Shown here one piece after another: positions 52,201 through 64,000 of a DNA stretch of 64,000 nucleotides. How positions within the stretch are numbered: the first letter of the stretch is position 1; every line of letters begins with the position of its first letter. The stretch lies in NCBI GenBank assembly GCA_047967505.1, contig CM106538.1. The stretch is one strand, 5' to 3'. The DNA comes from Dipteris shenzhenensis. Its lineage: Eukaryota. The notes under the pieces were generated by a model. That model was not told where the DNA came from. It ran no database searches and was given only the letters and a program-made list of their open reading frames with translations. A program made the position numbers and the translations under genes.

Positions 52201-54708
52201 CCAAACATCTGAATGGATTACTTCCAAAGGTCTTTTGCTCACCTTAGCATTTTTAGGAAATGCATGTCTGGCCTGCTTACCCATTTGGCATGCTTCACAT
52301 ACCTTTTGCATTCCCTCAACTCTGAATTTAGGCAAACCTGCAACAATGTTTTTCGTTTGCATAGATTTTAGCCTTTGTATATTCACGTGCCCAATGCGCT
52401 TGTGCCATATCTCAATATCTGCAATGACACCTCTCCCATGCGCAAACATAGCAGCTTTCACCTCAGGCATATCAACATCCAAGGTGAACATTCTACCATT
52501 TTTGTTGCCTTTTGCAACCAAGCGGCACTTATTTTTCAGGTCCTCAACAAAGCATCCATCAGGATTAAATCTAACCTGCAGACCTTGCTCCACCATCTGG
52601 CCAACTGAAACCAGGTTCTTAGTGATTTTTGGAACATGAAGTACATCTGCCAAGTACTTCGTTTTGCCATCCTGCATAGCCAATGGCACTTTACCAACCT
52701 GCGTAATTGGGTGCGTAGTATCATCACCTGTTTTAACATAACCTGGCTTATCCAAATTTCTGACATCATGAAACCACTCACCATGACTGGTCATGTGGTT
52801 AGAGGCACCTGAATCAACATACCAAACATCATTGCAAGCTGCAGCATCTCCTGACATGGAGTTAACCATATGCTGCATCACAAAAAGGTGCTCATTTCTG
52901 TCGTCACCATGCCCACTTGATGATGCATAGTTGCTTTGCTGCAACTTTCCACTTTTGATGTCATTCTGCTTTTTATAGCATGTATTCTCCTTGTGTCCAG
53001 GCTTTCCACAATAATAGCATTCTGTGCTGCTATTTACTTGCTGGTTCCTTTGCCATGAACCACGACCTCTTTGGCTCCCCTTGCCTCTAGAACTACCACG
53101 TCCTCCTCCATAGGACTGGTTTTCCTGTTGTTGCTGTTGGTTCTGATTTCCTGCACGGCCACCAGAACGGCCTCTTCCTCTACCCCTGCCTCTACCTGTA
53201 TTCGAGTAGAAAGCAGTCTCTTGAGAAGTTGAGGTGGCTGAACCACCATTCCTTTGCTCTTCACTCAGCAAGAGAGCAATAAGTTCCTGAAAATCAGGAA
53301 ATGTTTCACGGACTCCAATGGATGTCCGAAATTGTGCATAATCTTTCCCAAGACCATTCAAGGTCACGGACACTAAGTCCTCATCATCAACAGGTGCTCC
53401 AATGGAGGCAAGAGAATCTGCAAGGCCTTTCACCTTCAAGGAATACTCATTTATATTCATATTTTTCCTTTGCACATTGTGCAACTCCTGCTTTAGCTGC
53501 ATCTTTCGTGCTTTGGTATTTGTGCTATACAGCTTCACCAATGTATCCCATGCCTCCTTAGGCGTCTCTAGATCCTGTATATGCACAATCATAGAATCTG
53601 AAATGCTAACGGACAGCCAATACAGGCATTTTCTGGCTTTTTCATGCCATTCTTTAAAGGCCTTCAATTCAGCAGGAGTGGGAGCAGCACCCAAAACTGG
53701 TTCTGCAGTTTCACCACTGATGTAATCCCAAACTCCCTTTCCCATAAAGAAGTTTGTCATCCTGAACTTCCATGCTTGGAAGTTGTTTTTGTCAAGCTTC
53801 TCACTGACAATGGTAGACAGATTCTCAGACATTTTACAAATCACGAAATGCAACAGCAACCTGTAAACACAGCAAATGCCTCAGAAGGGCAAATAGCAAA
53901 ACTTCTGCAAAGAGCCTCACAGGGGCAGATCTGCAACACTGACGAAAGTGGTATTTCACCACACAGTCACTTCCTCGTGACGATTTTGCATCAACAGGCA
54001 ACAGGCATGAATCTGCAACTCCCAATATCTCTGCACATAGGCATACGATGCAATTTCTGTGGCACCTTTCCACCGACTAGCCGCGCGGTGGTCGCACAGC
54101 AAAAACAGGGCCTTTTTCTGAGTGCCTGCGAAGAACTTCCGCCTTCAAAACGGGCCCCGAAACGGCCTCAAATCAGAAAAATAAAGTCACTGAGGGCTTA
54201 GCCCTCACCCGCAGCATATACTGCGCTCTCGCCGCACCGCGAAGGGCCTCTCAATCTGAAGCAGTGCACTCCTGCACTTCTGGCTGTGCTACCTGCAGAG
54301 ATTTGCTCCCAAACTCGAAATAGGAAAGCTACACTGGTCCTCTTACCAGGACACCAGAAACTTGGCTAGCTTTCTTGAGCTCCTTACCACGAACAAGGCT
54401 CTGATACCATGTAAAGAATAAGGGAGAGAGATAGGAGACTCAAGTTCAGCTTTCTTCAACAACACACAAAAGAGAGAGGACACAAGGTTGGAGGGTGAAG
54501 CCTTTCTTCACTTTTGCACACAACAACAATACAATAGAAGAGGGAAATACCCTATATGTCAAAACCTAGAATACGTGGTTCATATGTGAACCCAAACCAA
54601 AAACATACGTGGTAGTCTAACTACACCACGAGTACAACTAACATAGGCGGTGACATAAATGATAGTCACCCAGGAGATATGTCGGGGATAGAGCTTGATA
54701 TCTCAACA
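49221..54708 (-). mobile_element. Intact full-length Ty1/copia retrotransposon
   Basis: 299-bp LTRs at 49221-49519 and 54410-54708, identical by eye. TSD GCAGT, iMet PBS 54398-54409, PPT 49520-49531. Confidence 0.98.
49477..53832 (-). CDS. Copia Gag-Pol polyprotein (gag, CCHC knuckle, protease, integrase, RT, RNase H)
   Basis: Uninterrupted ORF (ATG at MSENL). Motifs: CYYCGKPGHKENTC, WYVDSGAS, WHKRIGH..CEAC, HSDVW/SDGGGEY/NGVAER, YVDD, DADWA. Confidence 0.97.
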   Translation of the reverse strand: MSENLSTIVSEKLDKNNFQAWKFRMTNFFMGKGVWDYISGETAEPVLGAAPTPAELKAFKEWHEKARKCLYWLSVSISDSMIVHIQDLETPKEAWDTLVKLYSTNTKARKMQLKQELHNVQRKNMNINEYSLKVKGLADSLASIGAPVDDEDLVSVTLNGLGKDYAQFRTSIGVRETFPDFQELIALLLSEEQRNGGSATSTSQETAFYSNTGRGRGRGRGRSGGRAGNQNQQQQQENQSYGGGRGSSRGKGSQRGRGSWQRNQQVNSSTECYYCGKPGHKENTCYKKQNDIKSGKLQQSNYASSSGHGDDRNEHLFVMQHMVNSMSGDAAACNDVWYVDSGASNHMTSHGEWFHDVRNLDKPGYVKTGDDTTHPITQVGKVPLAMQDGKTKYLADVLHVPKITKNLVSVGQMVEQGLQVRFNPDGCFVEDLKNKCRLVAKGNKNGRMFTLDVDMPEVKAAMFAHGRGVIADIEIWHKRIGHVNIQRLKSMQTKNIVAGLPKFRVEGMQKVCEACQMGKQARHAFPKNAKVSKRPLEVIHSDVWTTKAASIGGCHYYVTFIDDYTKKVWIYFMKHKSEVFSHFKAFKAMVEKEKGVHIKVLRSDGGGEYFSEEFCEYLKEQGIQRKYSCRSTPQQNGVAERKNRHIAKVGRAILNEKNMPDYFWAEAVATAVYIMNRTPTAAVHGMTPEEMYTGQKPDISHLKVFGCIAYVHVPDEKRTKLDPKAEKCIFIGYAQHQKGYRCYNPSTRKMQVSRDVVFDEMSSWYAPTVMVGDADAGNGNAAINAEQQSQALTGPRESSTSGSNAWTGRLRSSESSHGSPDSVVQVSHKGKEKVDHAPVFDVSASSSHVDGESSGSEMSLDEELGIPSVVTPGARKSRHDLKTPATDPVVRKSTRIKYPVDRLRYDGYTAHHYAYMVKVLEEPEPTCFEDAAGHKNWEAAMDEEMAALDANHTWDLMPLPHDKKAIGCKWVYKVKHNADGSVSRYKARLVAKGFAQTYGIDYEETFSPVARMATVRAVIAMAAAKGWSLHQMDVKNAFLHGDLQEEVYMMQPKGYEDNAHPNFVCRLRKALYGLKQAPRAWSDKIGQYLVTIGFQISNSDFSLYVKRTNRGIVLIVIYVDDLIITGDSDADINEVKLLLKQKFEMKDLGELRYFLGIEVIRSPSGIWLLQRQYGLDMLSKYGMTGCKPISVPLEQNVKLNAESGELLEDITMYRRIVGSLIYMTITRPDLSYAVGLVSQFMQAPRKPHLDAARCILRYVKSTLHYGLFYEARCALQVHGYTDADWASSVSDRRSTSGFMFSLGSGAISWSSKKQPTVALSSTEAEYRGAAMAACEVAWLRKLLADMGQSVHAAVVIHCDNISSIMLANNPVYHARTKHIEVHYHFVREKVLAGEIDLVYVSTEEQVADIFTKALGTEKLCRFRSLLGVREMDLSLRGSVEISSSIPDISPG

Positions 54709-56742
54709 GCAGTGTATCTTGATTGTTCTGTCATCCATTGTGATGGCTTCGGCATCAGAGAATGCATTGTTTAACATTGAGAAGCTGGATGGCACAAACT
54801 TCTCCTATTGGAAGGAGCAAATCTACAATGTCCTTGTGCAGAAGAAGCAAGTAAAGCCTATAAAACGCAAAGGCATAAAGCTAGAGGATTAGGAAGATGA
54901 TGAAGAGTGGAAGGAATTGGATGAGCTTGCATGCTCCACGATCATGCTCACACTTTCAAAATCGGTGTATTTCAATATGAAAGATATTGCAGGTGGTGCC
55001 TATGGTGTGTGGACAAAGTTGCATGATCTTTATGAGAAGCAGAGTGCCGCTTATCAAGTGTATTGGCTGAAGAAACTCATAGATCTTCGCATGGAAGAAG
55101 GGACTTCAATGTCTAGCCATTTAAATGAGTTTAACACAATTTTCAGTCAACTTTCAGATCGGAAAATTACCTTTGATGACTCAGTTAAGGCAATGTTCTT
55201 ATTGGTCACTCTTCCTAAAAGTTAGGACACTTTTAGGACTCATATAAGCAATTCAGCCCGTGCAGGAGACCTGACAAGCAATGATGTTGAGAGTAGCCTT
55301 CTCACTGAGGAGGTAAATAGAAAGAACAATGCTGGAGCTAAAAGTTCAAGTGCTCTCAATGTGAGAGGGAGGTCATATTCCAGGGGGAAATACCACGACA
55401 AAAATACAAGCAAGTCTAGAAGCAAATCTAGAGGAAAATCCCATGCGAAAAAGGATTTGGAATGCTTCTATTATGGGAAGAAAGGCCATTTCAAACAGGA
55501 TTGCTACAAATGGAAGAACAATAAAGGCAAAGGCAAAGCTAATGTGCAACCCAAGAAGGAAGAAAAATCTACGGTCAATATAGAGGAAGTGAATGTCATA
55601 AGTAATAATAGTGATGAGGGTGACATTCTTTATGCCTCTATGTTTGAGCATGCTTTTCTTGTGACTAGTGATGATGCATTGTCACAGAATTGGATACTAG
55701 ACTTAGGAGCATCTTTCCATGTCACTCCACATAGGGAGCAATTTACCATTTATGATGAAGGAAGAAAAGGAACCGTGAGACTTGGAAATGATTATCCATG
55801 TGACATTGTTAGAGTGGGAGATATCCACTTGTCTCTTCCTAATGGTTCTACATTTGTATTCAAGAATGTATGGCATGTTCCAAATCTGAAAAAGAGCTTG
55901 ATAAGTACGAGACAGCTTGATAATGATGGCTATCATGTGTTTTTTGGCAACAATACATGGAAAATTAGCAAAGGGTCACTTGTGATTGCTAGAGGTTCCA
56001 AGCATGGAACATTGTACTCAATGCATGTGTCCTGGGCATAAGAGATAATGTAATCAATGTGACCGAGCAGCCATCCATCTCTTTGTGGCATCATCGATTG
56101 GGACACATGAGCATGACAGGAATGAAGATACTTTCTGGTTTGTAGTATGTTCCCGTGTTACTTTTCATATTTTAGCATGTGTGAGCATTGCATGTATGGG
56201 AAGCAAACACAGTCTTCACATAAAAAATCTTTAGGCAAGAAGAGGCTTGAACCATTGGAGTTGGTTCACAGTGATGTGTGTGGACCTATGCCTACTGTCT
56301 CATTGGGTGATGCTTCTTACTTTGCTACTTTCATTGATGATGCTACACGGAAAGTGTGGGTCTATCCTCTTTGGAAGAAGAGTGATGTCTTTTATGCATT
56401 TCAAAAGTTCTTAGCATTTGCTAAAAATCAGTTGGGCAAGAAGCTCAAATGCTTGCACACTGATAATGGAGGAGAGTATACCTCTCATGCATTTAAGAAT
56501 TTTTGTGAGCTACGTGGCATCAAGCAGGAGTTGACTACTCCTGAGAATTCTTCTCAGAATGGGGTTGCTGAGAAGATGAATAGAACTATTCAAGATATAA
56601 GCATGCTTTCTAATGCCGGTACCTCATGGCTTTTAGGCTGAGTCTATCAAGACAACAGTACATCTTATCAATAGATCGCCTAGCAAGGCACTAGATGGGA
56701 AAGTGCCAAAAGAGGTTTGGTCAGGAAAGCCACCATCTTATG

Positions 56743-59700
56743 TGTTGAGATATCAAGCTCCACTCGTGATATGCTAGGGTGACCATTGTGCATTTATGTC
56801 ACCGACTTATTAGCTGCATATGCGGTTGGTACACCGCCCATGAATAATAGCTAGATGACAGCTATCTTTATGTACTCTAGTCAGTGGCTCAGTTAGTATG
56901 CCACCTAGGTTAGCTGAGTTTGGTTTGAGACCCACATATAGGGTTCATCTATTCCTTTTATACGAAGAGGGAGTTCTTTTGGCTTTCACAACTAAGAAGA
57001 GGAAAACTGTTTTCAGCCTCCACCTTTGTGTGTATTCCCCCTTTGTGTATGTGAGAAAGCTACAAGTGAGACTCCTTACTTCTCTCCCACTCTCTTCACA
57101 TGGTATCAGAACCAGGTTTGTGGTAAGGAGCTCAAGGAAGCAAACCAAGTTCGTGGTGTCTTGGTAAGAGGATCAGTGTTGCTTTCCTTTTTTGAGTTTG
57201 GGAGCAAATCTCTACAGGTAGCACAGCTGAAAAGTGCAAGAGTGCACTGTCTCAGATTGGGACGCCCTTCGCGGTGCGGCGAGAGGGCAGTATATGCTGC
57301 GGGAGAGGTCGAAGTCCTTGGTGACATTATTTTTTTTATTAGAGGCCATTTCGGGGCCCGTTTTGGTGGCGAAAGTTTTTCGCAGGCACTCAGAAAGGTG
57401 CCCTGTTTTTGCTGTGCGACCACTATTCTGTAGGTCGGTGAAGAGTTACCACAGAAATTGCATCGTATCCTTATGCGCAGAGATATTGGGAGTGACAGAA
57501 TCATTCTTATTGCCTGTTAATCCAAAATTGTCACTAAGAAGTGACTGTGTGGTCAAATACCACTTTCGTCAGTTTTACAAATTTGCCCTTGTGAGACAGA
57601 AGTTGTGTTTTTTGCAATGACAGAATATTTTTGCAGTGTTCTGTAATGGCGTCTGATGCTCTTTCACAGATAGTCACTGAAAAGCTTGAGAAGAACAACT
57701 TCCCAGCATGGAAGTTTAGAATGACGAATTTCCTTAAGGGAAAAGGCTATTGGGAGTTCATTACTAGAACCAGTTATTCCTAATGTTCCCAATCAACAGG
57801 AGTTGCAGGCATTTAAAGGCTGGCATGAGAGAGCCAGGAAAGTTATGTATTGACTGTCTATCAGTATTTCAGATTCTATGATTGTGCATATTCAAGATGC
57901 AAGCACACTGAAGGAGGCATGGGATACTTTGACAAAAATGTATAGCACAAATACAGAAGCCAGGAAAATGCAGCTCAAGCAGGAGTTGCATAATGTGTAG
58001 AGAGAAAATATGAGCATCAATGACTACCACATGAAGGTGAAGAAGATTGCAAATGCACTTGCTTCTATTGGGTCGCCAATGGAAGATGATGATTTAGTTT
58101 TTGTGACCTTGAATGGTCTAGGAAAGGATTATGCACAGTTCTAGACATCCATTGCCGTCTGTGAGAATTTTCTTGATTTTGAGGAGTTGATTGCTCTTCT
58201 AATTTCTGAAGAGCAGAGAAATGGTGGTGCATCTTCTTTAGGAGGAAATTCAAAAGAAACTATCTTCTACTCAAGTGCTGGAAGAGGTAGAGGCAGAGGT
58301 AGAGCAGGCCGATCTGGAGGCTATGGCAGAAATCAGAACATGCAGCAAATTCAACAAAACCAGTCTTATGGAGGAGGAGGTGGTAACTTTAGAGGTAGGG
58401 GAAGCCAAAGAGGTTGTGGTGGATGGCAGGGAGGCCAAAATGCAAACAAGAATGTTGAATGCTACTACTGTGGTATAATGGGTCATATGGCTAAAGATTG
58501 CTACAAAAAGCAGAATGACATCATGAATGGAAAATTGCAGCAAGGCAATTATGCATCCTCTAGTAGACAGGGTGATGACAGAAATGAGCATTTGTTTATG
58601 ATGCAGCACATGACCAATTTTGTTATAAGTGCAGAAGAAAGCAATGATGTGTGGTATGTTGACTCAGGTGCGTCAAACCACATGACAGGTCATGTAGAAT
58701 GGATGCAGGATGCAAGGAAAATGGAAAGACCGGGATTTGTGGAGACTAGTGATGATACTGCACATCCTATTGTGTAGATTGGTAAAATTCCTTTGTCTAT
58801 GCAGGATGGGAAAAAGAAATACCTGTCTGATGTATTTCATGTCTTGAATATCACCAAGAACCTGGTTTCTGTTGGTCAAATGGTTGAGCAGGGCTTGCAG
58901 GTCAGATTTAATCCTCATGGATGCTTTGTTGAGGATATGAAAAATAAAGGTCGGTTGATAGCAAAAGGGAAGAAGAAGGGCAAGATGTTTACGTTGGATG
59001 CAGACATGCCTAAATTGAGTGCAGCAATGTTTGCACATGGGACGATGTAGTTGCAGATATTGATATCTGGCATAAACGCATTGGTCATGTTAATATATAG
59101 CGACTTAAATTAATGCAGGCCCAAAATATTATTGCACGATTGCCTAAGTTCAAGGTTGCAGAAATGCATAAGGTATGTGAAACCTGTCAATTTGGAAAAC
59201 AGGCAAGGAAACCATTTCCTAGACATGTTCAAGAGAGTAAGAGGCCATTGGAATTAATCCACTCTGATGTGTGGACTACTAAAGTTGCATCTATTAGAGG
59301 CTGTCATTATTTTGTCACTTTTATTGATGACTACAGCAGAAAAGTTTGGGTGTATTTTATGAAAAAGAAAAGTAAAGTGTTTGGGCATTTCAAAGCTTTT
59401 AAAGCTATGGTTGAAAAAGAAACAGGCTTGCAAATAAAATGCGTAAGGTCAGATGGAGGGGGAGAGTACCTCTCAAATGAGTTTGCAAGGTTCCTGCAGG
59501 AGCATGGCATAAAGCAGCAATATTCATGCAGTCATACCCCACAGCAAAATGGACTTGCAGAAAGGAAAAACAGGCATATTGGAGAGGTATCTCATGCCAT
59601 GCTCAACGAAAAAGACCTGCTAGATTATTATTGGGCTAAAGCAGTTGCTACAGCAGTCTACATAATGAACAGGATTCCCACTGCAGCAATACATGGCATG

Positions 59701-61576
59701 ATGGCAGAGGAGAGATATACTAGTAGGAAACCAGATATTTCTCATTTGAAAGTTTTCGGTTGCATTGCCTATGTTCATGTGCCCGATGAGTTGAGATCCA
59801 AGTTGGATCCAAAAGCTGAGAAGTGCATCTTTATTGGTTATTCTCTACAGCAGAAACGGTATAGATCCTATAACCCTTCTACTCATAAGTTTACAATGAG
59901 CAGAGATGTTGTTTTTTATGAGATGAGCAGCTGGCATAAACCAATAAATGTGATTGATGATGTAGATTCACAAAATGGTAATGCTGCATAGAATTCATAG
60001 TAGCAATCACAAAATATTAGTGGACCTGTAGTGTCCTCTAGCAGTGGTTCATATACTTCACAATGGACAGGCAGATTGAGATCAGGAGAATATCCTCAAA
60101 GCAATGCAGATAGTGGTATGCAAGTATCACGAAAGGGAAAAGAGAAAGTAGATCAACCCATGGTTGATGTGAATGCAGGTCACTTTTATGTGGATGGTGA
60201 ATCCAGTGGCTCAAAACAGAGCCTTGATGATGAGTTGGGTATTCCTTGTGTTGTTACACCTGGAGTAAGGAAGACAAGGGATGTTTTGAGAGCACCTGAT
60301 AGTGAGCCTATTTTGCGCAGGTCTACTAGAGTTAAGTATCTTGTGGATAGGCTGAAATATGATGGATTTACAGCCATTCACTATGCCTATATGGTCAAAG
60401 TGATACATGAACCAGAACCCACTTCTTTTGAGCAAGCCATGGGAAAAGAAAAATGGGAGAAAACCATGGATGAAGGAATGGATTCCTTGGAAGCAAATGC
60501 TACATGGGAATTGGTGCCTTTGCCTAAAGATAAGAATGCAATTGGCTTCCATACCTCAGTATGCGTCTAACTGCATCCAAATGCGGTTTCCTTGGAGCTT
60601 GCATAAACCGACTAACGAACGAGGCGAGCTATGCGCTCTTTTGATATGCGTACAAAAATGTGTTCCCCATTTTGTGTGTAAACTTGTTTTCTTGCAGTAT
60701 GGACTATTTTATGAGACTGGGGTTCAGATACAGTTGCATGGATACATTGATGCTGATTGGGCTAGTAATATTTCTAATAGACGATCTACCAGTGGATATG
60801 TGTTCTCTTTTGGGAGTGCTGCAGTCACTTGGAGCAGCAAGAAACAGCCTACAGTTGCCTTGTTGAGCACAGAGACTGAGTACAGGGGTGCAGCAATGGC
60901 TGCATGTGAGGTAGCTTGGTTGCGTAAGCTACTTTATGATATGCATCAGTCTACAGATGGGCCAGTTGTCATTTATTATGACAACATGAGCAGTATACAC
61001 TTGGCAAATAACCCAGTCTATCATGCTAGAACAAAGCACATTGAGGTGCATTATCACTATGTGTGGGAGAAGGTTCTAGTAGGTTTTATTGATCTAGTTT
61101 ATGTCAGCATAGAGAATCAGGTAGCTGACATATTCACGAAGGCATTGGGCATAGAGAAGCTACGCAAGTTCAGTAACCTGCTTAGTGTGCAGGAATTGGG
61201 ATTGAGCTCAAGGGGGAGTGTTGAGATATCGAGCTCCACTCGTGATATGCCAGGGTGACCGTTGTGCATTTATGTCACCGACTTGTTAGCTGCAGATGCG
61301 GTTGGTACACCGCCCATGAATAATAGCTGGATGACAGCTATCTTTATGTACTCTAGTCAGTGGCTCAGTTAGTATGCCACCTAGGTTAGCTGAGTTTGGT
61401 TTGAGACCCACATATAGGGTTCATCTATACCTTTTGTACGAAGAGGGAGTTCTTTTGGCTTTCACAACTAAGAAGAGGAAAATTGTTTTCAGCCTCCACC
61501 TTTGTGTGTATTCCCCCTTTGTGTATGTGAGAAAGCTAAAAGTGAGACTCCTTACTTCTCTCCCACTCTCTTCACA
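56743..61576 (+). mobile_element. Decayed Ty1/copia of the same lineage as the intact element; RT largely deleted
   Basis: 358-bp LTRs at 56743-57100 and 61219-61576 with about 10 substitutions. TSD TTATG, PBS TGGTATCAGAAC at 57101, PPT 61210-61218. Gag/PR/IN/RH fragments with stops, similar to 49477-53832. Confidence 0.96.
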
Positions 61577-62756
61577 TTATGGGCATCTTCGTGTATTTGG
61601 CAAAAATGCAGCAAGCTTGATCCAAAGTCAAGGAAGTGCATTTTTCTTAGATATGGTGATTCAGGCGAGATGGGATACCGATTGTGGGATCCAGAGGCTG
61701 GGAAGATAGTACGTAGCCATGATATTATCTTTAATGAGGACAAGATGCACAAGAAGCCAAAAAAGACTGTTGAGATACCCAGAGTGGTGTTTCAAGAGGA
61801 TGGACAACCACCATATGAGAGGCATGCACAACCTATTCCACATGATGCAAGGCATGGACAGCCCATAGATCGTGAGGTGGGACAGCCACATCTAGGTGGA
61901 CAACCTTAGGTTATGCAGGAAAATCAGTTGGGACAGCAAGATGCTCATGGTGAGCAAGTGTTGAGACGTTCCACTAGAGTCTCACGACCTCCATAGAGAT
62001 ATGCTCCATCTCTAGATTATGTCATGTTGACAGATTGTGGTGAGCCTTCATGCTTTGAGGATGCTATGTCTAGGAATGACAAGCATAAGTGGGAGAAGGC
62101 TATGCAGTCAGAGATGGATTCTTTGATGAAGAATGCTACTTGGGATTTGGTTTATTTGCCCAAAGGAAAGCATGCATTGCCATGCAAATGGGTTTACAAG
62201 CTAAAGATGTCTCCAGCAGATGCATTGCCTAAGTATAAGGCAAGGTTGGTAGGCAAGGGTTTTAAGCAAGAGAAGGGTATTGACTTTGATGAGATCTTTT
62301 CCCCAGTGGTGAAGATGACTACCCTTCGTATAGTGCTTGCATTGGTCGCCAGAGAGGACATGGAGCTTGTCCAAATGGATGTAAAAATAGCTTTTCTACA
62401 TGGAGATCTTCATGAGAACATCTATATGTAGTAGCCAAAGGGGTTTGTTGTGCAGGGCAAAGAACGGATGGTATGCAAGCTTCAGAAAAGTCTTTATGGG
62501 CTGAAGCAGGATCCTAGGGAGTGGTACCATAAGTTTGATGCATTTATGCGATCCCAAGGGTACACACGGAGTGAGACAGATCATTGCCTCTACACGAAGA
62601 AGGCATCAGATGGCAGCCTTCTTATTTTGATTTTATATGTTGATGACATGCTTATTGCTAGGAAATCTACTTTGGATGTGGATGCCTTGTCTTTGGGAGG
62701 AAGGACACATTTGTTGTTGGATATGCAGATGCTGATTTTGCTGGGAATGTAGACAG

Positions 62757-63190
62757 CTCGACAAGCGCAGATCCAGGATATCTTTGTAGCCCACCAAAGA
62801 GCCACCATGATGCTAGGTTTTGGCTTTTGAGTTTCAGTTTTCAGTTTCCAGTTTTGTGTGGTTTTGGAAGCTCCCCTCAATCCTAGACTACGTGTGCTTG
62901 CATATTCAGCCTTCAACTCTAAGTGAACCTGGTACTTGTTGGAGACGTCCTCAAATGGTGCCATGACTAAAGGAGTGTAGAGAAGCAGAAGGTGTGGAGA
63001 TGCGGGCTTGAAGGAGCCGCATGCAGGAAGAGGGAGGGCGATGGAGTCATTGCTAGGGTCCACGGCCTACAATGGCTTACCTACGGTTTTAGCATGGGTG
63101 AGGCCACTCTGATGAAATCTGTTGGGAGGCCGTCTTTACGACTGGCACTAGTTGCCCATACTTAAGACCCTACTATATGTTTTATTTTAA
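62757..63190. other. Non-copia insert of about 430 bp inside the host element RT
   Basis: Copia homology stops at ..GNVD (62755) and resumes at ..IDMKDLG (about 63203). The insert has a T-rich GT..AG intron-like stretch (about 62817-62909). Confidence 0.6.
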
Positions 63191-64000
63191 ATGTGTTCAT
63201 ACATTGACATGAAGGATTTGGGTGATGCCAGTCACATACTTAACATGAGGATTGTTCGGGATAGGAACAAGAAACTCCTTCATTTGTCACAGAAAGAGTA
63301 CATTAGCAAGGTACTTGAGCATTTCAATATGGAGAGGGGAAAGTCCATAAGTACTCTGTTGCCTTCATATGTGAAACTCAGCCAAGCGGATAGCCCTAAG
63401 TCAGATGAGGAGCGGGCTGAAATGGCAAAGATACCTTATGCATCCGCAGTAGGAAGCTTGATGTATGCCATGGTTGCTACACGTTCAGATATTGCTTTGT
63501 AGTGGGAGCTGTTAGCAGGTAAATGGCAAATCCTGGCAAGAAGCATTGGGAGGCAGTGAAAGGTATCATGAGATACTTGAATGGTACAAAGAACACACCA
63601 GGAGGTCTATTACAGGATATGTTTTCTCATTCACTGGAGGTGCAGTTTCATGGGTCTCTCGTTTGCAGCCATGTGCAGCTTTGTCTACCACTGAGGCAGA
63701 GTATGTTGCAGCCACTGAGGCATGTAAGGAAGCTATATGGCTTACTCGTCTAGTGGGAGACTTGAGCATTGCAGGAGAGGTTCCAGTTTTGCACTGTGAT
63801 AGTTAGAGTGCCATCCAGTTGGCACGGAATCGTATCTTCCATGCGAAGACAAAGCATGTTGATGTGAAGTATCACTTCATCAAAGAGGTGATTGAGGACA
63901 AGCGCATCCAGCTTGTCAAGGTTCACATAGATGAGAACCCTGCAGATCTTCTTACAAAGAGTCTTTCCTCAGAGCAGTTTGCGCATTGCAGAGTATTAAT

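Larger units (their letters stand above)
47742..64000 (+). mobile_element. Old Tnt1/Tork-like Ty1/copia host element, truncated by the window end, containing two nested copia insertions
   Basis: PBS-like TGGTATCAAAGC at 47892 after ..CCATCA; LTR start uncertain. Gag from 54743 (IEKLDGTNFSYWK), protease WILDLGAS, integrase 56147-56742 resuming at 61582 (GKPPSY|GHLRVFG), RT YVDD near 62640, RNase H to 64000. Many stops. Confidence 0.88.

Noticed and set aside
50041-53725. Plus-strand ORFs overlapping the intact gag-pol
   Set aside because: Antisense shadow ORFs with no recognisable motifs.

Overview
Transposon-dense, gene-poor land-plant nuclear DNA; no ordinary host gene is recognisable. Frequent C>T nonsense changes suggest a large methylated genome (fern-like is my inference, not shown). 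The right third is a nest of three Ty1/copia elements. One (49221-54708, minus) is intact, with apparently identical 299-bp LTRs, a GCAGT TSD and a single gag-pol ORF. It and a related decayed copy (56743-61576) sit inside an older Tnt1-like copia. The window also has a deleted copia (17556-21622), a young non-autonomous LTR element (37749-40391), two gag-protease Ty3/gypsy remnants, a Sola2-like transposase relic and several foldback MITEs and minisatellites. The most unusual block is 33.8-47.6 kb. It holds a decayed RAG1/Transib-like DDE transposase (+), a convergent intron-containing orphan gene (-), an intergenic array of paired AAAAAGCGATTT motifs, and a divergent histone H3/CENH3-like domain followed by a Ulp1/SENP (C48) protease-like domain (+). 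I interpret this as a pseudogenised DNA transposon carrying a histone-fold/deSUMOylase cargo gene. Its termini were not found, so the linkage is inferred.
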